The notes beneath the pieces are model-generated. The model ran no database searches. It was not told the DNA's origin and worked only from the letters and a program-made list of their open reading frames with translations. Below, piece by piece: positions 1 to 12,186 of a stretch of 64,000 bases of DNA. The DNA is from an uncultured bacterium (GTDB lineage: Bacteria; Patescibacteriota; Gracilibacteria; Absconditabacterales; Absconditicoccaceae): contig CAUSGX010000001.1 in NCBI GenBank assembly GCA_963531535.1, positions 39,962 through 103,961 of the forward strand, written 5' to 3'. Positions within the stretch are counted from its first letter, which is position 1. Each line of letters opens with the position of its first letter. Both the position numbers and the translations under genes were made by a program.

Positions 1-1005
1 ACGTTTTCTGCAGTATTCAGAGTAAGAAGTCTGCTTTCTTTCGCTATTCATAAGTTTTTTAATGAAAGAGGTTTCATCCGAGTACATACACCAATTATCA
101 CAGCAAGCGATGCCGAAGGAGCTGGAGAAATGTTTCAAATCACAACTCTAGACCTAAAAAACACACCAAAAACTGAATCTGGAGAGGTTGATTTTTCTAA
201 AGACTTCTTCTGAAAAAAGGCAGGTTTGACAGTAAGTGGACAACTTGAAGGAGAGACTTTTGCATCTGCCTTTGGAAAAATCTATACTTTCTGACCAACA
301 TTCCGTGCAGAAAATTCAAATACAACAAGACACCTTTCAGAATTTTGGATGATTGAACCTGAAATCGCATTTGCTGATCTCAAAGAAAATATGCAAATCG
401 CAGAAGATATGATCAAATATGTTCTTAGATATGTTCTAGAAGAAGCTCCTGCTGAGATGGAATTTTTTGACCAATTTATTTTCCCAGGAGTAAAAGAAAG
501 AGCTGAGAAACTAGTTAATTCAACTTTCGCGAGAGTAACCTATACTGAAGCAATTGAACTCCTTCAAAAATCAGGACAAAATTTTGAATACGCTCCAGAA
601 TGGGGAATTGATCTTCAGACTGAACACGAGAGATTCCTCTCAGAAAAAGTCTTTAACGGACCAGTATTTGTAACCGATTATCCACAAGAAATTAAAGCCT
701 TCTATATGAAACTCAACGAAGATGGGAAAACCGTTAGAGCAATGGATATGCTCGTACCGGGAATCGGAGAACTCATCTGAGGATCTCAAAGAGAAGATAA
801 CTACGAAAAATTAACAAAAAAGATGGAAAACCTCCAGATGTCTACAGAAGACTATCAATGGTATCTTGATCTCAGAAAATATGGAAGCGTTCCACATTCA
901 GGTTTTGGACTTGGATTTGAGAGACTCGTAATGTATGTAACTGGTATGGAGAATATTCGCGACGTAATTCCGTTCCCAAGAACTCCTAAGAATTGCGAAT
1001 TCTAA
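1..1005 (+). CDS. asnS: asparaginyl-tRNA synthetase (5' partial)
   Basis: Frame 1 is open to TAA 1003-1005 if TGA=Gly. Class II aaRS motifs: [17 protein letters not shown] (Gly = TGA 292-294), ELI-G-GSQRE (TGA 778-780), GFGLGFERL. Confidence 0.93.
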
Positions 1006-1065
1006 ATTAGGATCTAGAAAAGAGGAATCAAAAAAATAAATTCAGATTTCTCTTTTTTATTTATA

Positions 1066-1093
1066 TTGACTTTCATCAAAAAATAATTATCAT
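1066..1093 (+). promoter_or_regulatory. sigma70-like promoter
   Basis: TTGACT 1066-1071, 16-nt spacer, TATCAT 1088-1093, about 35 nt upstream of ATG 1128. Confidence 0.45.
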
Positions 1094-1127
1094 AGCATCT
1101 AGAAAACCAAAAAAAATCATTAAACAA

Positions 1128-1526
1128 ATGAAAAAGTGTATCGTATTTTTGCTTCTGGGAGGATTACTTGTCAGTTGCAAAGCAGAGTCAACAACTATCG
1201 CATACACTGCGATCTCATCAGTAATCATAATCGGTGGCTTCATCGGTTATGTAATCGCAGCATCAACCAGGATCTTTATAACTGAGGCAGACGAAATACT
1301 ATTTAGAGACCTCTTTAAAAAAGAGAATGAAGACACGGAAGAGCCCCCCGCATCTTCTCAAGCATCCTGAGAGACAAAAAAACCTCCTTGAGTTTCACTC
1401 AAAGAGGCTTTTTTTAACAAAGTCAAGGCAGAAGAAATAAATCTCCATTCTCAAAAGTCCATCAACTGATCTGAGATACAAGGTGAAGAAATTTTTCTTG
1501 TTCCTCAGCCACACCAAGAAACATAA
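1128..1526 (+). CDS. small lipoprotein/membrane protein, 3' end uncertain
   Basis: ATG 1128. MKKCIVFLLLGGLLVSC is a lipobox-like signal, followed by a second hydrophobic helix. The first in-frame TGA (1368-1370) lies 13 nt before a strong terminator hairpin. Under TGA=Gly the frame closes only at TAA 1524-1526. Confidence 0.45.
1383..1415. terminator. bidirectional intrinsic terminator
   Basis: Stem CCTCCTTGAG (1383-1392) / CTCAAAGAGG (1398-1407) with 1 mismatch and a 5-nt loop. T-run 1409-1415, A-run upstream. Confidence 0.6.
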
Positions 1527-1689
1527 CCAGTTTTTTCTCAGATTTTTGGATTTTTGGCTCAGAAAGCTGATAAATCTTAGCATAATTCATCACAACCGCC
1601 TGAGAAATTACCCCCTTTTTCAAAAGAGCAGTAAAAAGATTTCTAAGTTTTCTCCCATCATTAGGGAGTAAAAGCTGGAAGGTATGCAT
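1414..1689 (-). CDS. hypothetical protein (91 aa with TGA=Gly)
   Basis: ATG 1689 lies 17 nt downstream of the tyrS stop. Two in-frame TGA. TAA at 1414-1416 abuts the terminator hairpin. No recognisable domain. Overlaps the read-through tail of the 1128 ORF. Confidence 0.3.
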
Positions 1690-1706
1690 TTGCGTAAAGA
1701 AAAAAA

Positions 1707-2996
1707 TTAAAACTGAGCAATTTTATAGTTTTTCTTTCCTTTCCTAATAAGCAAGACTCAATTAACCGCATCACTCCTTGAGAACTTCTGACCAATATCA
1801 GAAACAAGCTGCTCATTTACAAAGATCGCTCCCTGAGCAATAAGTTTCTTCGCATCTCCATTAGATTCACAAACTCAAGCCAACACCAAAAGTTCCAAAA
1901 TTCTGATCTCATCTTCCTGAACACTACAATCTCCAGTTTCCCTTGCTAAAGCCTGCAATTCATCAGTAGAAAAGGCTGACAATAGCTCCATTTTATCTCT
2001 TTCTCCAAAAAGGAATTCCGAAATCTTTTCAGCCTGCTGAGCAGCTTCCTTCCCAAAAAGAGTTTGAATTACATAATTCGCTAACTGTCTCTGTCCATAT
2101 CTAAGCTCTGGTTGCTGAACATGTTGTGAAACAATCGCCTCTATTTCTGAGATCTCTAGCAAAGTAAAGGCCCTCAAAAATTTCTCTACATCAGCATCCG
2201 CAGTATTCACAAAATACTGATACACAAAATATGGACTATTTTTCTCCTGATCTAACCAAATTGCATTTCATTCAGATTTTCAAAACTTTTTTCCTGTTGA
2301 ATCCATCATCAAAGGCAAGGTCATAACATAACTTTCTAACTCACCTTCCGTCTTTTTACGAAGCATTTCAGTTCCAGTCACCATATTTCCTCGCTGATCA
2401 GATCCTCAAATCTGAAGCTTTACACCTTCATTTTCATACAAATGAACAAAGTCATTTCCTTGCAAGAGCATATAGCTAAACTCAGTATAACTGATCCCAG
2501 ACTCAGTATTCTCCAGCCTCTTTTTCACTGATTCCTTACTGAGCATAGTATTTAGCGTGATATATTTCCCAACTGTTCTATACCAATCAAAGACTGATAG
2601 ATCTTTGTAAAAATCATAATTATTCACGACTTTAAATTGAAAATCCTTTCCTGTCAGTTTTTTTAAATTTTCCAAAATCTGACCAACTTGTTTGGTAATC
2701 GCCTCTTGATTATGCCTTAATTGATCAAGTCAAAGGAAGGCTCTCGCCTCACTCTTCCCAGTTGGATCACCAATCATCCCGGTTGCACCTCAGATCAGCA
2801 TCACAAAAGTATTTCCCCTCTTCATAAAATTTACTGCAGCCATAAAGGTCAAAAAATGCCCAAGATGAAGAGAATCTGCAGTTGGATCATAGCCACAATA
2901 GAACTTCTCGCCTCACTTTTCATACAAATCAAAAAATTTCTCATCAGTATACTGATAAAGCAATCCACGAGCCTCCAATTCTTCTCTAAGTTTCAT
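1707..2996 (-). CDS. tyrS: tyrosyl-tRNA synthetase
   Basis: ATG 2996 to TAA 1707-1709, 429 aa. Motifs: [15 protein letters not shown] (HIGH), [14 protein letters not shown] (Gly = TGA), KFGKSEGNAIWL (KMSKS-like), C-terminal S4 domain. The three track ORFs are joined by TGA codons. Confidence 0.93.
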
Positions 2997-3160
2997 TCTA
3001 TTATCGCTAAAAAGTAAAATCCTTCATCAAGATATACGATTTTTTAAGTAAAATGCAATCAAATCAAAAAAAATCTGATTTTTTGTGCTTAAAAATTTGT
3101 TTTTTCAAGACCTTTCAGATATAATTAAAAAGATTTATATTTAATTGGAAAGTAGTCAGA

Positions 3161-5491
3161 ATGCCTCCAGAAACAAATCATAAAAATCGTATAGACTCAG
3201 GAACGAAGGAGAGTAGTTCTAGTATTAGTAAAAAAATAGAAATCAAATCAGATCCACAAGCAAATTTCGACACCTTGCAAAAAGAAGACAACAGTGTAGA
3301 AGGAATATTAAGCAGAATTAAAGGGAGAAATACAAAAGAAAGTACTGGAGCGTACTTATCCTATTTTAGGAATATCTTAAGAAACGAGGGAATACCAAAA
3401 GAAGAGTGATGGTTATTAAAAAAAATAAATAATTTCTATAACCATCTTACAAAGGGAGAAGAATTAACAGATGATACAAAAAAAGCAATAGGTCCCTACA
3501 ATAATGAAGTAGGACTAGCAAGAATAGTAAATCAGATCACTAATTACATAAAATCAAATCTACCTCTTTTAAGAGGGAAAAAAGAAACAGTTTCAATAAA
3601 AAATTGAAAACAACTCAAAGAAAAGCCTAGAGAAGCTACTAAAACAACAAAGGAAATCAGATCAAACCTACGAGCGAATTTCGACACCTTGCAAAAAGAA
3701 GACAACAGTGTAGAAGGAATATTAAGCAGAATTAAAGGGAGAAATACAAAAGAAAGTACTGGAGCGTACTTATCCTATTTTAGGAATATCTTAAGAAACG
3801 AGGGAATACCAAAAGAAGAGTGATGGTTATTAAAAAAAATAAATAATTTCTATAACCATCTTACAAAGGGAGAAGAATTAACAGATGATACAAAAAAAGC
3901 AATAGGTCCCTACAATAATGAAGTAGGACTAGCAAGAATAGTAAATCAGATCACTAATTACATAAAATCAAATCTACCTCTTTTAAGAGGGAAAAGACGC
4001 CCTCCCATCTATTCAACCTCAGAAAAAAAAGAAGAATACACTACAAAAGAATCAAGAAAATCATACGAAAATAGAACAACAGAAAAAAAAGAAACAAAAG
4101 TTTGAAATAGAGAGCAACTGTTAGAAAAAATTCAGGACAAAGAAGCTATAAAACTAAATTCCCATGGAACAAAAGAAATAACAAAGGAAATCAGCAACGT
4201 CTCAAAAGAAGAGGCTCTAGGGACAATTCCTAAAGAACTGTATGAAAAATATATAAAGAAATTCCTAGAATCTCCAGAAGTTAAAAACCTAGGTATTGAG
4301 AAGGATAAACTACTAAGGCTTATTAATCAGATTGACTCAAAGACAAATCCTGATCCAGACCTCGCCAAACTTAGAAAAGTACGAGAAAACGACAAAGATA
4401 TACAGACAATGATCGATGAGAATCAAGAGAAACAATCAGAGATCCTAAAAGAGAAAACTGAAGAAATAACACTAGAAAGCTGAAAAAAAGTCTTTGAAAA
4501 ACTAGGAATCAAGATAAGCAAAGGAGAAGTAAAACAGTGAAATTATAAATTTATCGATGCTAATAATCCAAGTATCTCCTATTATTTCAAAGTAGAAACA
4601 GGAGAATTCTTTATAAGCAATCCCGAGCTCTCCCAACAGACGAAAACACTAAGTTTATGATGAGAAAGGTTTAGAAAATTCCTAAAAATTCCAGGATATA
4701 CGGAATTAATGAGTCAAGCACTTTGACATAAATACCTTCCAACGGAAAGACCAGACACAGAGAAAGAGCTCTACAAAACAATCGAAAAAAATCTCAGAAA
4801 TCGTATAATGTATACTATCGGAGATACTGAAGTTATTGCTACCAAAGATATCATCGAAAGAAGACAACTCGAATCGACAATTATAGCAAAAATTAAATCT
4901 GGACTTGATATCAGAAAAAACACCGTCACAGCGACAAACGATCTTTGATATTATGAGATTTTAGCACCAATTCTTAGAACATTCCAACAACCGAATCTCT
5001 CTATAGATCAATTAAAAACATTAAAAGTATTTGCAGATCGTATCTCAGAAAAGGGGCAAAGTAACGACGGAAAGACAGGATCCGCTGAAGATGTTGTTTC
5101 CTATGAAAATTTTAGGAAAGAGATCACAACACCAAGGAAATTAATAAAATATGCGCTTAGCTGAGAACAAACCAGAGAGCTTGCAAACTTACAATGAACA
5201 AGTAAAAAATCTAAATTCGCCATAGGAATGTTTATGCAATGGCTAGAAACATCAACAGGAGCCGGTTGAAAGGAAAATAGGGTCATCGACACAGAAAAGC
5301 TTAATGCTCTCCTCAATACCCGAGATAGTCCCGATCTTGCAAACAGATGAAAATATCAATCCAGCTATAATGAATTACTAACAACTCTTGAGACTTCATA
5401 CTTAAAAAAAGTCGAACCAAGAGTCAGAAAGCAAGAAGTCGCCTATGCAGATAAAGTGATTCTACCGAAAATCCAAAATACACCTGCATAA
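3161..5491 (+). CDS. Lys/Glu-rich hypothetical protein, 776 aa, with internal duplication
   Basis: A single frame is open from ATG 3161 to TAA 5489-5491. It contains about 14 in-frame TGA and no TAA/TAG. No signal peptide and no recognisable domain. Confidence 0.7.
3263..3581 (+). repeat. direct repeat copy 1 (about 319 bp, in-frame, inside CDS)
   Basis: Identical by eye to 3677-3995. The offset is 414 bp, which is 138 codons. Confidence 0.9.
3677..3995 (+). repeat. direct repeat copy 2 (about 319 bp)
   Basis: Identical by eye to 3263-3581. Confidence 0.9.
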
Positions 5492-5532
5492 AAAACAAAA
5501 AAAATCTGATTTTATTCTTTTTATCAAACTTT

Positions 5533-7035
5533 ATGGAAATTTTTAGTTGAAAAATCAAAAAACTCAACATCAGTAACTGAGAAGGAATCGTAGCTATGCT
5601 CAATACTCAAGAAGCGACTGCCTACGGAATCTCTCCTCAAGACAAAATCTCACTCATCAGAAATAAAGAAGAATATGTTGTTGATGTTGCATTTTCTGAT
5701 GAGCTCGAACCTGGAATTATTTGAGCAACTCAGGAATTACTAGATAATTACCCAATTATGGAAGGAGATAATGTCCTCGTTTCATTCATGAGGACAAACC
5801 CACTCTCTCTAGTAGCCATCAGAAAAAAACTCCTCTGAGAAAAGCTCACTACCGAGGAAATTGACGCTATCATCGAAGATATGCAAAATAATAAACTTTC
5901 AGATCTGATTTTAGCCTATTATACCGCGACTAGCTTTTTCTATAAATCTGATCCTGAAGAACTTGCCTATACTACGAAAGCAACCGCTTATACTGGAGAT
6001 ATGTACCGTTTTCCAGGGATTGTTGCGAGTAAATATTGCATCTGAGGAGTATCAGGAAACGAAACAACAATGATCATCGTTCCGCTACTCGCTTCACTAG
6101 GGATCACAATCCCAAAAACCTTCTCTAAATCAATCACCTCTCCAGCTGCAACTGGAGAATGCGTAGAAGTTCTTATGAAAAGCGAATTTAAAAAATCTGA
6201 AATCATCAGACTGGTAGATAAGCACAAATGTTGCCTCGCTTGGAACGGGAATCTTAACCTCGCACCAGCAAATGATAGAATCATCAAAGTCTCAGCTCCG
6301 CTGGGGATGGAACCCTATGCCAGAATGATCTCAAGCATCATGGCAAAAAACTATGCTATGGGAATCAACCATTGCTTGATAGACATCCCAGTCGGACCAA
6401 CTGCAAAAGTCACAAACCAAGCCGATGCTGAGAGAATCGCAAACCATTTCAGAAATATCGGTTCAGCTCTAGGGATCAAAACAGAAGTTGCAATAACGCA
6501 AGCCATTCAGCCAATCGGAAACGGAATCTGAGCCGTTCTCCAAGTAAGAGAAGTCCTTAGAATTCTGCAACAGCACCCAGAGAGAGCTCTTGACCTTCAA
6601 GAAAAAGCACTTGATTTAGCAGCTCAGCTCATCGTAATCTGCGGTCTAAAAGAAGATTATTCCTCTGCTCTAGAACTTGCTACTTCAGAACTCCTCAGCT
6701 GAAAAGCCCGAACAAAAATGCAAGAAATCATCAAAGCACAAGAAGGTAAAAAACCTGATATCAACTCCGAAGAACTTTCGCTCGGATCAGAAACCTTTGA
6801 CTATACCGCACCAACCGAGGGAGAAATCAGCAGTATTGATATGAAATATCTCAATATGCTAGCTAGAACGCTAGGAGCTCCAGGAGATGCCTGAGCTGGA
6901 CTCTTTCTACACAAAAAACTTGGAAATAAAGTTCAGAAATGAGAAAAGCTTATCACCTGCTATGCAAATTCAGTCAATAAGCTCAATCTTACAAAAGAAC
7001 TTTTTGAGGAGAAATCTCCTTATAGCTTCAGCTAA
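5533..7035 (+). CDS. AMP phosphorylase / thymidine phosphorylase family (archaeal-type with N-terminal extension)
   Basis: ATG 5533 to TAA 7033-7035, 500 aa. N-terminal domain: GKIKKLNISNGEGIVAMLNTQEA...PLSLVAIRKKLLGEKLTTEEIDAII. Core: KYCI-G-GVSGNETTMIIVPLLASLG, TSPAATGECVEVL, DIPVGPTAKV. Confidence 0.85.
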
Positions 7036-7060
7036 GCAAGTAAATAAATAATTAAAACAA

Positions 7061-7093
7061 AAACTGATCTCAATCTCTGAAATCAGTTTTTTT
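7061..7093 (+). terminator. intrinsic terminator
   Basis: AAACTGAT (7061-7068) pairs with ATCAGTTT (7082-7089), followed by a T-run. Confidence 0.5.
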
Positions 7094-7114
7094 ATTTTTG
7101 ACATAAAATCCAAA

Positions 7115-7861
7115 TTACTCAAGTTCGAAAGTTACATTAAGACTCGCTGTAATCTTTTCTTCTCCCGCAGAAATTAATTCAGAGTCAGTATTGAGACTCG
7201 CTGCTGCAACAGCAGATTCCTTCATCACCGCATTTGCATAATATGGCATTGGACCATCATAAGATGAATTTTCAGCCGAAATTGAAAGTACCTTTCCAAG
7301 CCTTTTTCATAAAAGTTTTGCCATTTGTTCAGCCTGAGCTTTCGCAGTTTCAAACGCCTTTTCTCTCGCCTTAAGTTTTGGCGTCTCCTGAGACGAAAGA
7401 GTATAATAAGTACTAGAGATCTCTACATCACCGACATGAGGCAAAAACTGAAGAATCTGATTTCATTTCTTCTGAAAATCTTCCCCCTCTAGCTTGATAC
7501 TAAACAAAGCAACGGTTTTCTGTCCACGAAGCTCACGATCTCCATCTTTCCAAAAATAATCAGGAGAAGTAGTAAATGATTCTGTTTTGAGCTGTTCCGT
7601 AATCCCAAGATCAGTAAGCCCCTTTCTAAGCTGATCAATTTGCTTACTTACTAATTCTTGTGCAGCTTGTGTCGTTGCCCCAGTCTGAGCAATAGAAAAA
7701 GTAATCGTCAACTGATCTGGAGTCGCACTCGCCTCACCAACTCCAACAACACTCACACTTTTTTGCTCAACAGGACTAGGAACATGACTATTCGTAAAAT
7801 AATACGTTCCAGCTAACACTCCAGCAATCACCAAAAGTAGCAATCTATCCATAGTTTTCAT
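7115..7861 (-). CDS. SIMPL/DUF541-domain periplasmic protein
   Basis: ATG 7861 to TAA 7115-7117, 248 aa, one internal TGA (7463-7465). N-terminal TM/signal, then VSVVGVGEASATPDQLTITFSI...AREKAFETAKAQAEQMAKLLG, typical of the BP26/SIMPL family. Confidence 0.8.
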
Positions 7862-8028
7862 CGTTTCTACTCTTTTAAGAGATAAAAAAGCCTGAAATAA
7901 GCTCTATATCTACAGAGTGTAGGACTTCTGAAACAAAAGTCAAGTCAGAATTTTAGGCACAAAAATCCCCTTGAAATCAGCCTTTTTTCTCCTATACTCA
8001 AACGACTTTTATATACTGAGAGATTAAA

Positions 8029-9159
8029 ATGAAAATCGCCTTTGTCAACTGCTGGACCATGCCATGAGGCGTAATGCAAGTACTAAACGACCTTCTCATA
8101 AAAGCTCTCAGAAAAAGCTGACCAGAAACACAGATCCAGCTTTTCACGCTCATTTCAGAACAAAAACAGCTTCATATCCCAATTCCCTGATCTCCTGAAA
8201 AAAGCTATACTATACCTATCATTCAGGCTCTACCAAATTGGCTAGCAAAAATTTTCCTCTATTTCAAAAAAAGAAAAGTCAAAATTCTGTCTTCGATCTT
8301 TGACTACCGCAACCTGATCGTTTTTTATCCTCTATTCATGAAAATTCTCTCAAGAAAGATAAAAAAACGAAAACCTGATGAAGTTCAGATTTCATCTTTC
8401 GCTATTGCAAAAAATATCGATCCAATCTGAGTCCCAACCTCACTCTACCTACACTCTCCAATGCAGTATATTCGGAGTCATTACGAGGAATACCTAGGCA
8501 AGTTTCATTGATGGAAGAAATGGCTTTTTAAAAAAATTACTCCAAAGCTTCGCAAACGAGATCAGTCCTATACAAAATTTGACACAATAGTTTCAAATAG
8601 TCATTACACTCAAAAGTTAGCTAAACAGATCTACGGTTTCTCATCAACTGTTCACTACCCCACCATCAGTGATCAGTACCGATATATGGGCATTTCCCAG
8701 GCTCCAAAACCATATTTTGTTTGCGTAGGAAGACTTGTGAGCTTTGTGAGAGAGTGTGAAATTATTATCAAACTTTTCAATGAGCTCAAATTACCATTGC
8801 TAATGATAGGTTCTGGGCCAGATGAAGAAAAATTAAAAAACATTGCTGGAGAAACAATCATTTTTACAGGTCGAATGCAAGATGGACTCGCTGAAACCAT
8901 AAAAGACAGTTCAGGACTCATCAATCTCACAAAGGAAAGTTTTTGAATAGGGACAGCAGAAGCACTTCTCATGGGCGTTCCAGTCCTCGGATTTGAAGAG
9001 GGTGCTAGCGCTGAACTTATTGATCAGGATTCAGGAATCCTCGTATCAGATAAATCCCTTCCAACCCTAAAAAAAGCAATGCATGAATTTATGAGCAGAG
9101 GCCGAGATAGAAAAAAAATCTCCGAAAACATCAGATATAAACTCCAAGATAATAAATAA
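8029..9159 (+). CDS. glycosyltransferase family 4 (GT-B, EX7E motif)
   Basis: ATG 8029 to TAA 9157-9159, 376 aa, about 7 in-frame TGA. C-terminal motif: LTKESF-G-IGTAEALLMGVPVLGFEEGASAELI. Confidence 0.8.
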
Positions 9160-9160
9160 A

Positions 9161-9194
9161 AATCTGATCTCCCAACTGAGAAATCAGATTTTTC
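9161..9194. terminator. bidirectional terminator between GT and pnp
   Basis: AATCTGATCT (9161-9170) pairs with AAATCAGATT (9181-9190), flanked by A and T runs. Confidence 0.5.
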
Positions 9195-9208
9195 ATTATT
9201 TTTAACTT

Positions 9209-11344
9209 TTAACCAAGCTTTCTCTTAACAGCAATCTTTCCATCTTGTCCAATCTGAGAGATCACAACATGAATCGTATCTCCAACCTTGAAATGTTTAT
9301 CCAATCCATCAGTGAATTTCTGACCAAGATTTGAAACATGGCAAAGTCCCTGTTTTCCCTTTGGCAATTGAACAAAAAGTCCATATGCCTCAACTCTTAC
9401 AACCTTTGCATCAAAAACCTGTCCGACTTCCAAATCTGTGGCAATTTCCATGATCAGATTTTTCGCCTTTTCAATAATTTCCTGTTTACTATGAGTCAAG
9501 AAACAAGTTCCATCATCTTCAAAGTCGATCTTGATATTATCACATTGTTCAATAATTTTATCAATAACTTCACCTCCTTTTCCAATAACTTCCTTGATTT
9601 TCTCAGGGTTGATCTTGAAAACATGAATCTTAGGCGCATATTCCTTAACAGCTTCTCTTGGCTGTCCAATAGTCTCAAGCATAAAGTCCATAATCTCCTT
9701 ATATCATTTACTTGCTCTGTCTATCGTCTCATGGATAATCTGGAGTGTAAGTCCCTTCAGTTTAGTATCAAGCTGAATGGCATTGATTCCTTCTTTGGTT
9801 CCAGCCACCTTAAAATCCATATCTCCAGTAAAGTCCTCTGTTCCCATAAGGTCATTAAGAATACGATACTTAGTAATTGTTCCATCTTCTAGATGTTCAG
9901 TCATCAATCCCATAGCAATTCCAGCTACTGGCTTCTTGATAGGCACTCCAGCATCCATCAATGCAAGTGTAGAACCACAAACTGATCCCATACTGGTCGA
10001 ACCTCCAGATCCTAGACATTCACTCACAACTCTAATTGAATATGGAAATTCTTCTTTGCTCGGAATCATATTTTCAAGTGCTTTCTCAGCAAGTCTTCCA
10101 TGTCAGATTTCTCTTCTTCCAGTTCCTCTCATAGCTTTCGCTTCTCCAGTTGAAAATGGAGGGAAATTATAGTGATGAAAATACTTTTGCTGCACATCAT
10201 CATGTTCCATATCATCAAGCACCAAGTAATCAGTTGGTCCACCAAGCGTAACTGTGCTGAGTACCTGGGTATCTCCTCTCCAAAAAAGTCCACTTCCATG
10301 CACTCTAGGCAAGTTATCAACTTCACAATAAAGTGGTCTAATATCAAGTTCTCCTCTATCATCTATTCTCTTCCCTGTTTCAATAGTTCTTGACCTAATA
10401 AATTTCTTAATTGCATTGAAAACTCCCATCTTGATCTTACTTTCAGTGTATTCACTCGTCTGCTCACTCTCAGCCTTTTCAGCTGCTAGTGCCAAAGCCT
10501 CTTTTTCATATTGAGAATAAAGCTCATTAAATGGAGTCTTAGTATTTCCAGCCATCGCCTCAAGTCTTTCAGCAGTCAAAACCTGATCTACCAATTGCAT
10601 AGTTTCCTCAGATGGCTTATTAAAAGTGATTTCCTGAGTTTTAATCTCCAAAGTTTTCAAAAATTCTAACTGCCAATCGCATGCCTCATCAATCACCTTT
10701 TGTCCAAGGTCAAAGGCCTTTTTCATCAAATCATCTGGAAATTCTTTTCCCTCACATTCAATCATATTGATAGAACCTTTCTTTCCAGCAACCAAAAGAT
10801 TTAATTCTGATTTTTCCAACTGTTCAAGAGTCGGATTTACGATAAATTCTCCATCAAGATATCCTATCTGTGCAGCTCCAACTGGTCCATCAAACGGAAT
10901 TCCAGCCGCCATAATAGAAAGTGAAGCTCCAATAATATGCATTACTCCAAGCCCCAATTGATGATCCAATGCAAGCGGAGTAATTGAAACTACTACATCA
11001 TTGATCATTCCCTTTGGAAACATAGGTCTCAAAGCTCTATCTGTCAATCTCGCATACAAGATTGCAGTATCCGAAGGTCTTCCCTCTCTTCTTCTATATA
11101 CAGCCCCAGCAATTCTTCCAGCAGCTGAATAACTCTCTCTCATATCAATCATCAATGGCAAAAAATCGAGTCCTTCTTTCGGATTTTTCTCCATAACTGT
11201 TGAGTAAAGCATTACATTTTCTCCCATCTGCATTCTAATACTCGCATCTGCCTGAACAGCCAATTTCCCCTTTTCAATAGAAATTTCCCTTCCTTGCCAA
11301 GTCATTGATTGGCGAGCAAGTTCAAATTGTTTTCTTACTACCAT
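9209..11344 (-). CDS. pnp: polyribonucleotide nucleotidyltransferase (PNPase)
   Basis: ATG 11344 to TAA 9209-9211, 711 aa. Three track ORFs share one frame and are joined by TGA 10103-10105 (GTGRREI-G-HGRLAE) and TGA 9704-9706. Two RNase PH domains, KH ([10 protein letters not shown]) and S1 ([18 protein letters not shown]). Confidence 0.95.
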
Positions 11345-11535
11345 TTTTTTATATTCTAAAAAATAAAAAAGTCTGAGAAAATCCGCCTCAGCACTCTTCT
11401 TCAAGATAGATTAAAAAGCAAAAAAATCTGATTTTTAGCCTCCTTTCCTGCTTTTTAATCCACCTAAATGTTGAGGGCAATCTTCACAGCAAAAGTATAG
11501 CTATTTTTTCAGATTTTGCAAGAGCTAACCAAAAA

Positions 11536-12123
11536 TTAGGCATACTGCTCCTTGAGCTTAAAGAAACATTTTCAGCAGACCGATTCATAGCGAATATCAC
11601 CACTTCCATCTATTGCCACCTGCGCTCCTGTAAACACCGGTTTTCAGTCTATCAGCCTTAAATTACACACTGCCTTCCTCCCGCAGCGACAAATAGTCTT
11701 TAATTCCTCAATACTATGCGCTAACGCTAAAAGCCTTCCACTCGCAGGGAAAGTTTGCAATAAAAAATCTGTCCTTAATCCATAGCAAATTACTGGAATA
11801 TCTCTCAAAATCGCAATTTCAAAAAGCTGATCGATCTGTGCTTCCTCCAAAAATTGCACTTCATCTACCAAAATACACGCATATTTTCCCTGTTCAGAAG
11901 TACTATCTAGAATATCATCAATCCTCTCCCCCTTTTCAATAAAAGCATCAACTTTTCTCTCCAGTCATATTCTAGAAACAACGCTAGCACCTCACTTACT
12001 ATCAGTAACTGGCTTTAAAATCAGCACCTGCATACCTCTCTCCTCATAGTTATATGCCACCTGCATCAGCGCAGCTGATTTTCCAGCATTCATTGCCCCG
12101 TATCTAAAATAGAGTTTCGCCAT
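11536..12123 (-). CDS. tdk: thymidine kinase
   Basis: ATG 12123 to TAA 11536-11538, 195 aa. [10 protein letters not shown]-loop, VDEVQFL, Zn-ribbon CRCGRKA...CGKC. Several in-frame TGA. Confidence 0.9.
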
Positions 12124-12186
12124 CAAATACCAAATTTTTAAAAATAAAAAAAGATAAAAAGCTGATTCCTCAGCCTTTTATACTCA

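Noticed and set aside
9338-10393. Antisense or out-of-frame ORFs inside pnp (9338-9892, 9777-10172, 10172-10393, 10129-10362, 9496-9678).
   Set aside because: They overlap a well-supported PNPase frame. Their translations are low-complexity and Leu/Ile/Ser/Phe-rich, typical of shadow ORFs in AT-rich DNA.
9209-11404. Many conserved genes (pnp, infB, tyrS, lysS, tgt, xth, map, rny, ABC-F and others) appear split into 2-5 ORFs, as if the region were full of pseudogenes.
   Set aside because: All fragments of each gene share one frame. They are separated only by TGA at positions that are Gly in the conserved motifs. This is recoding (table 25), not gene decay.
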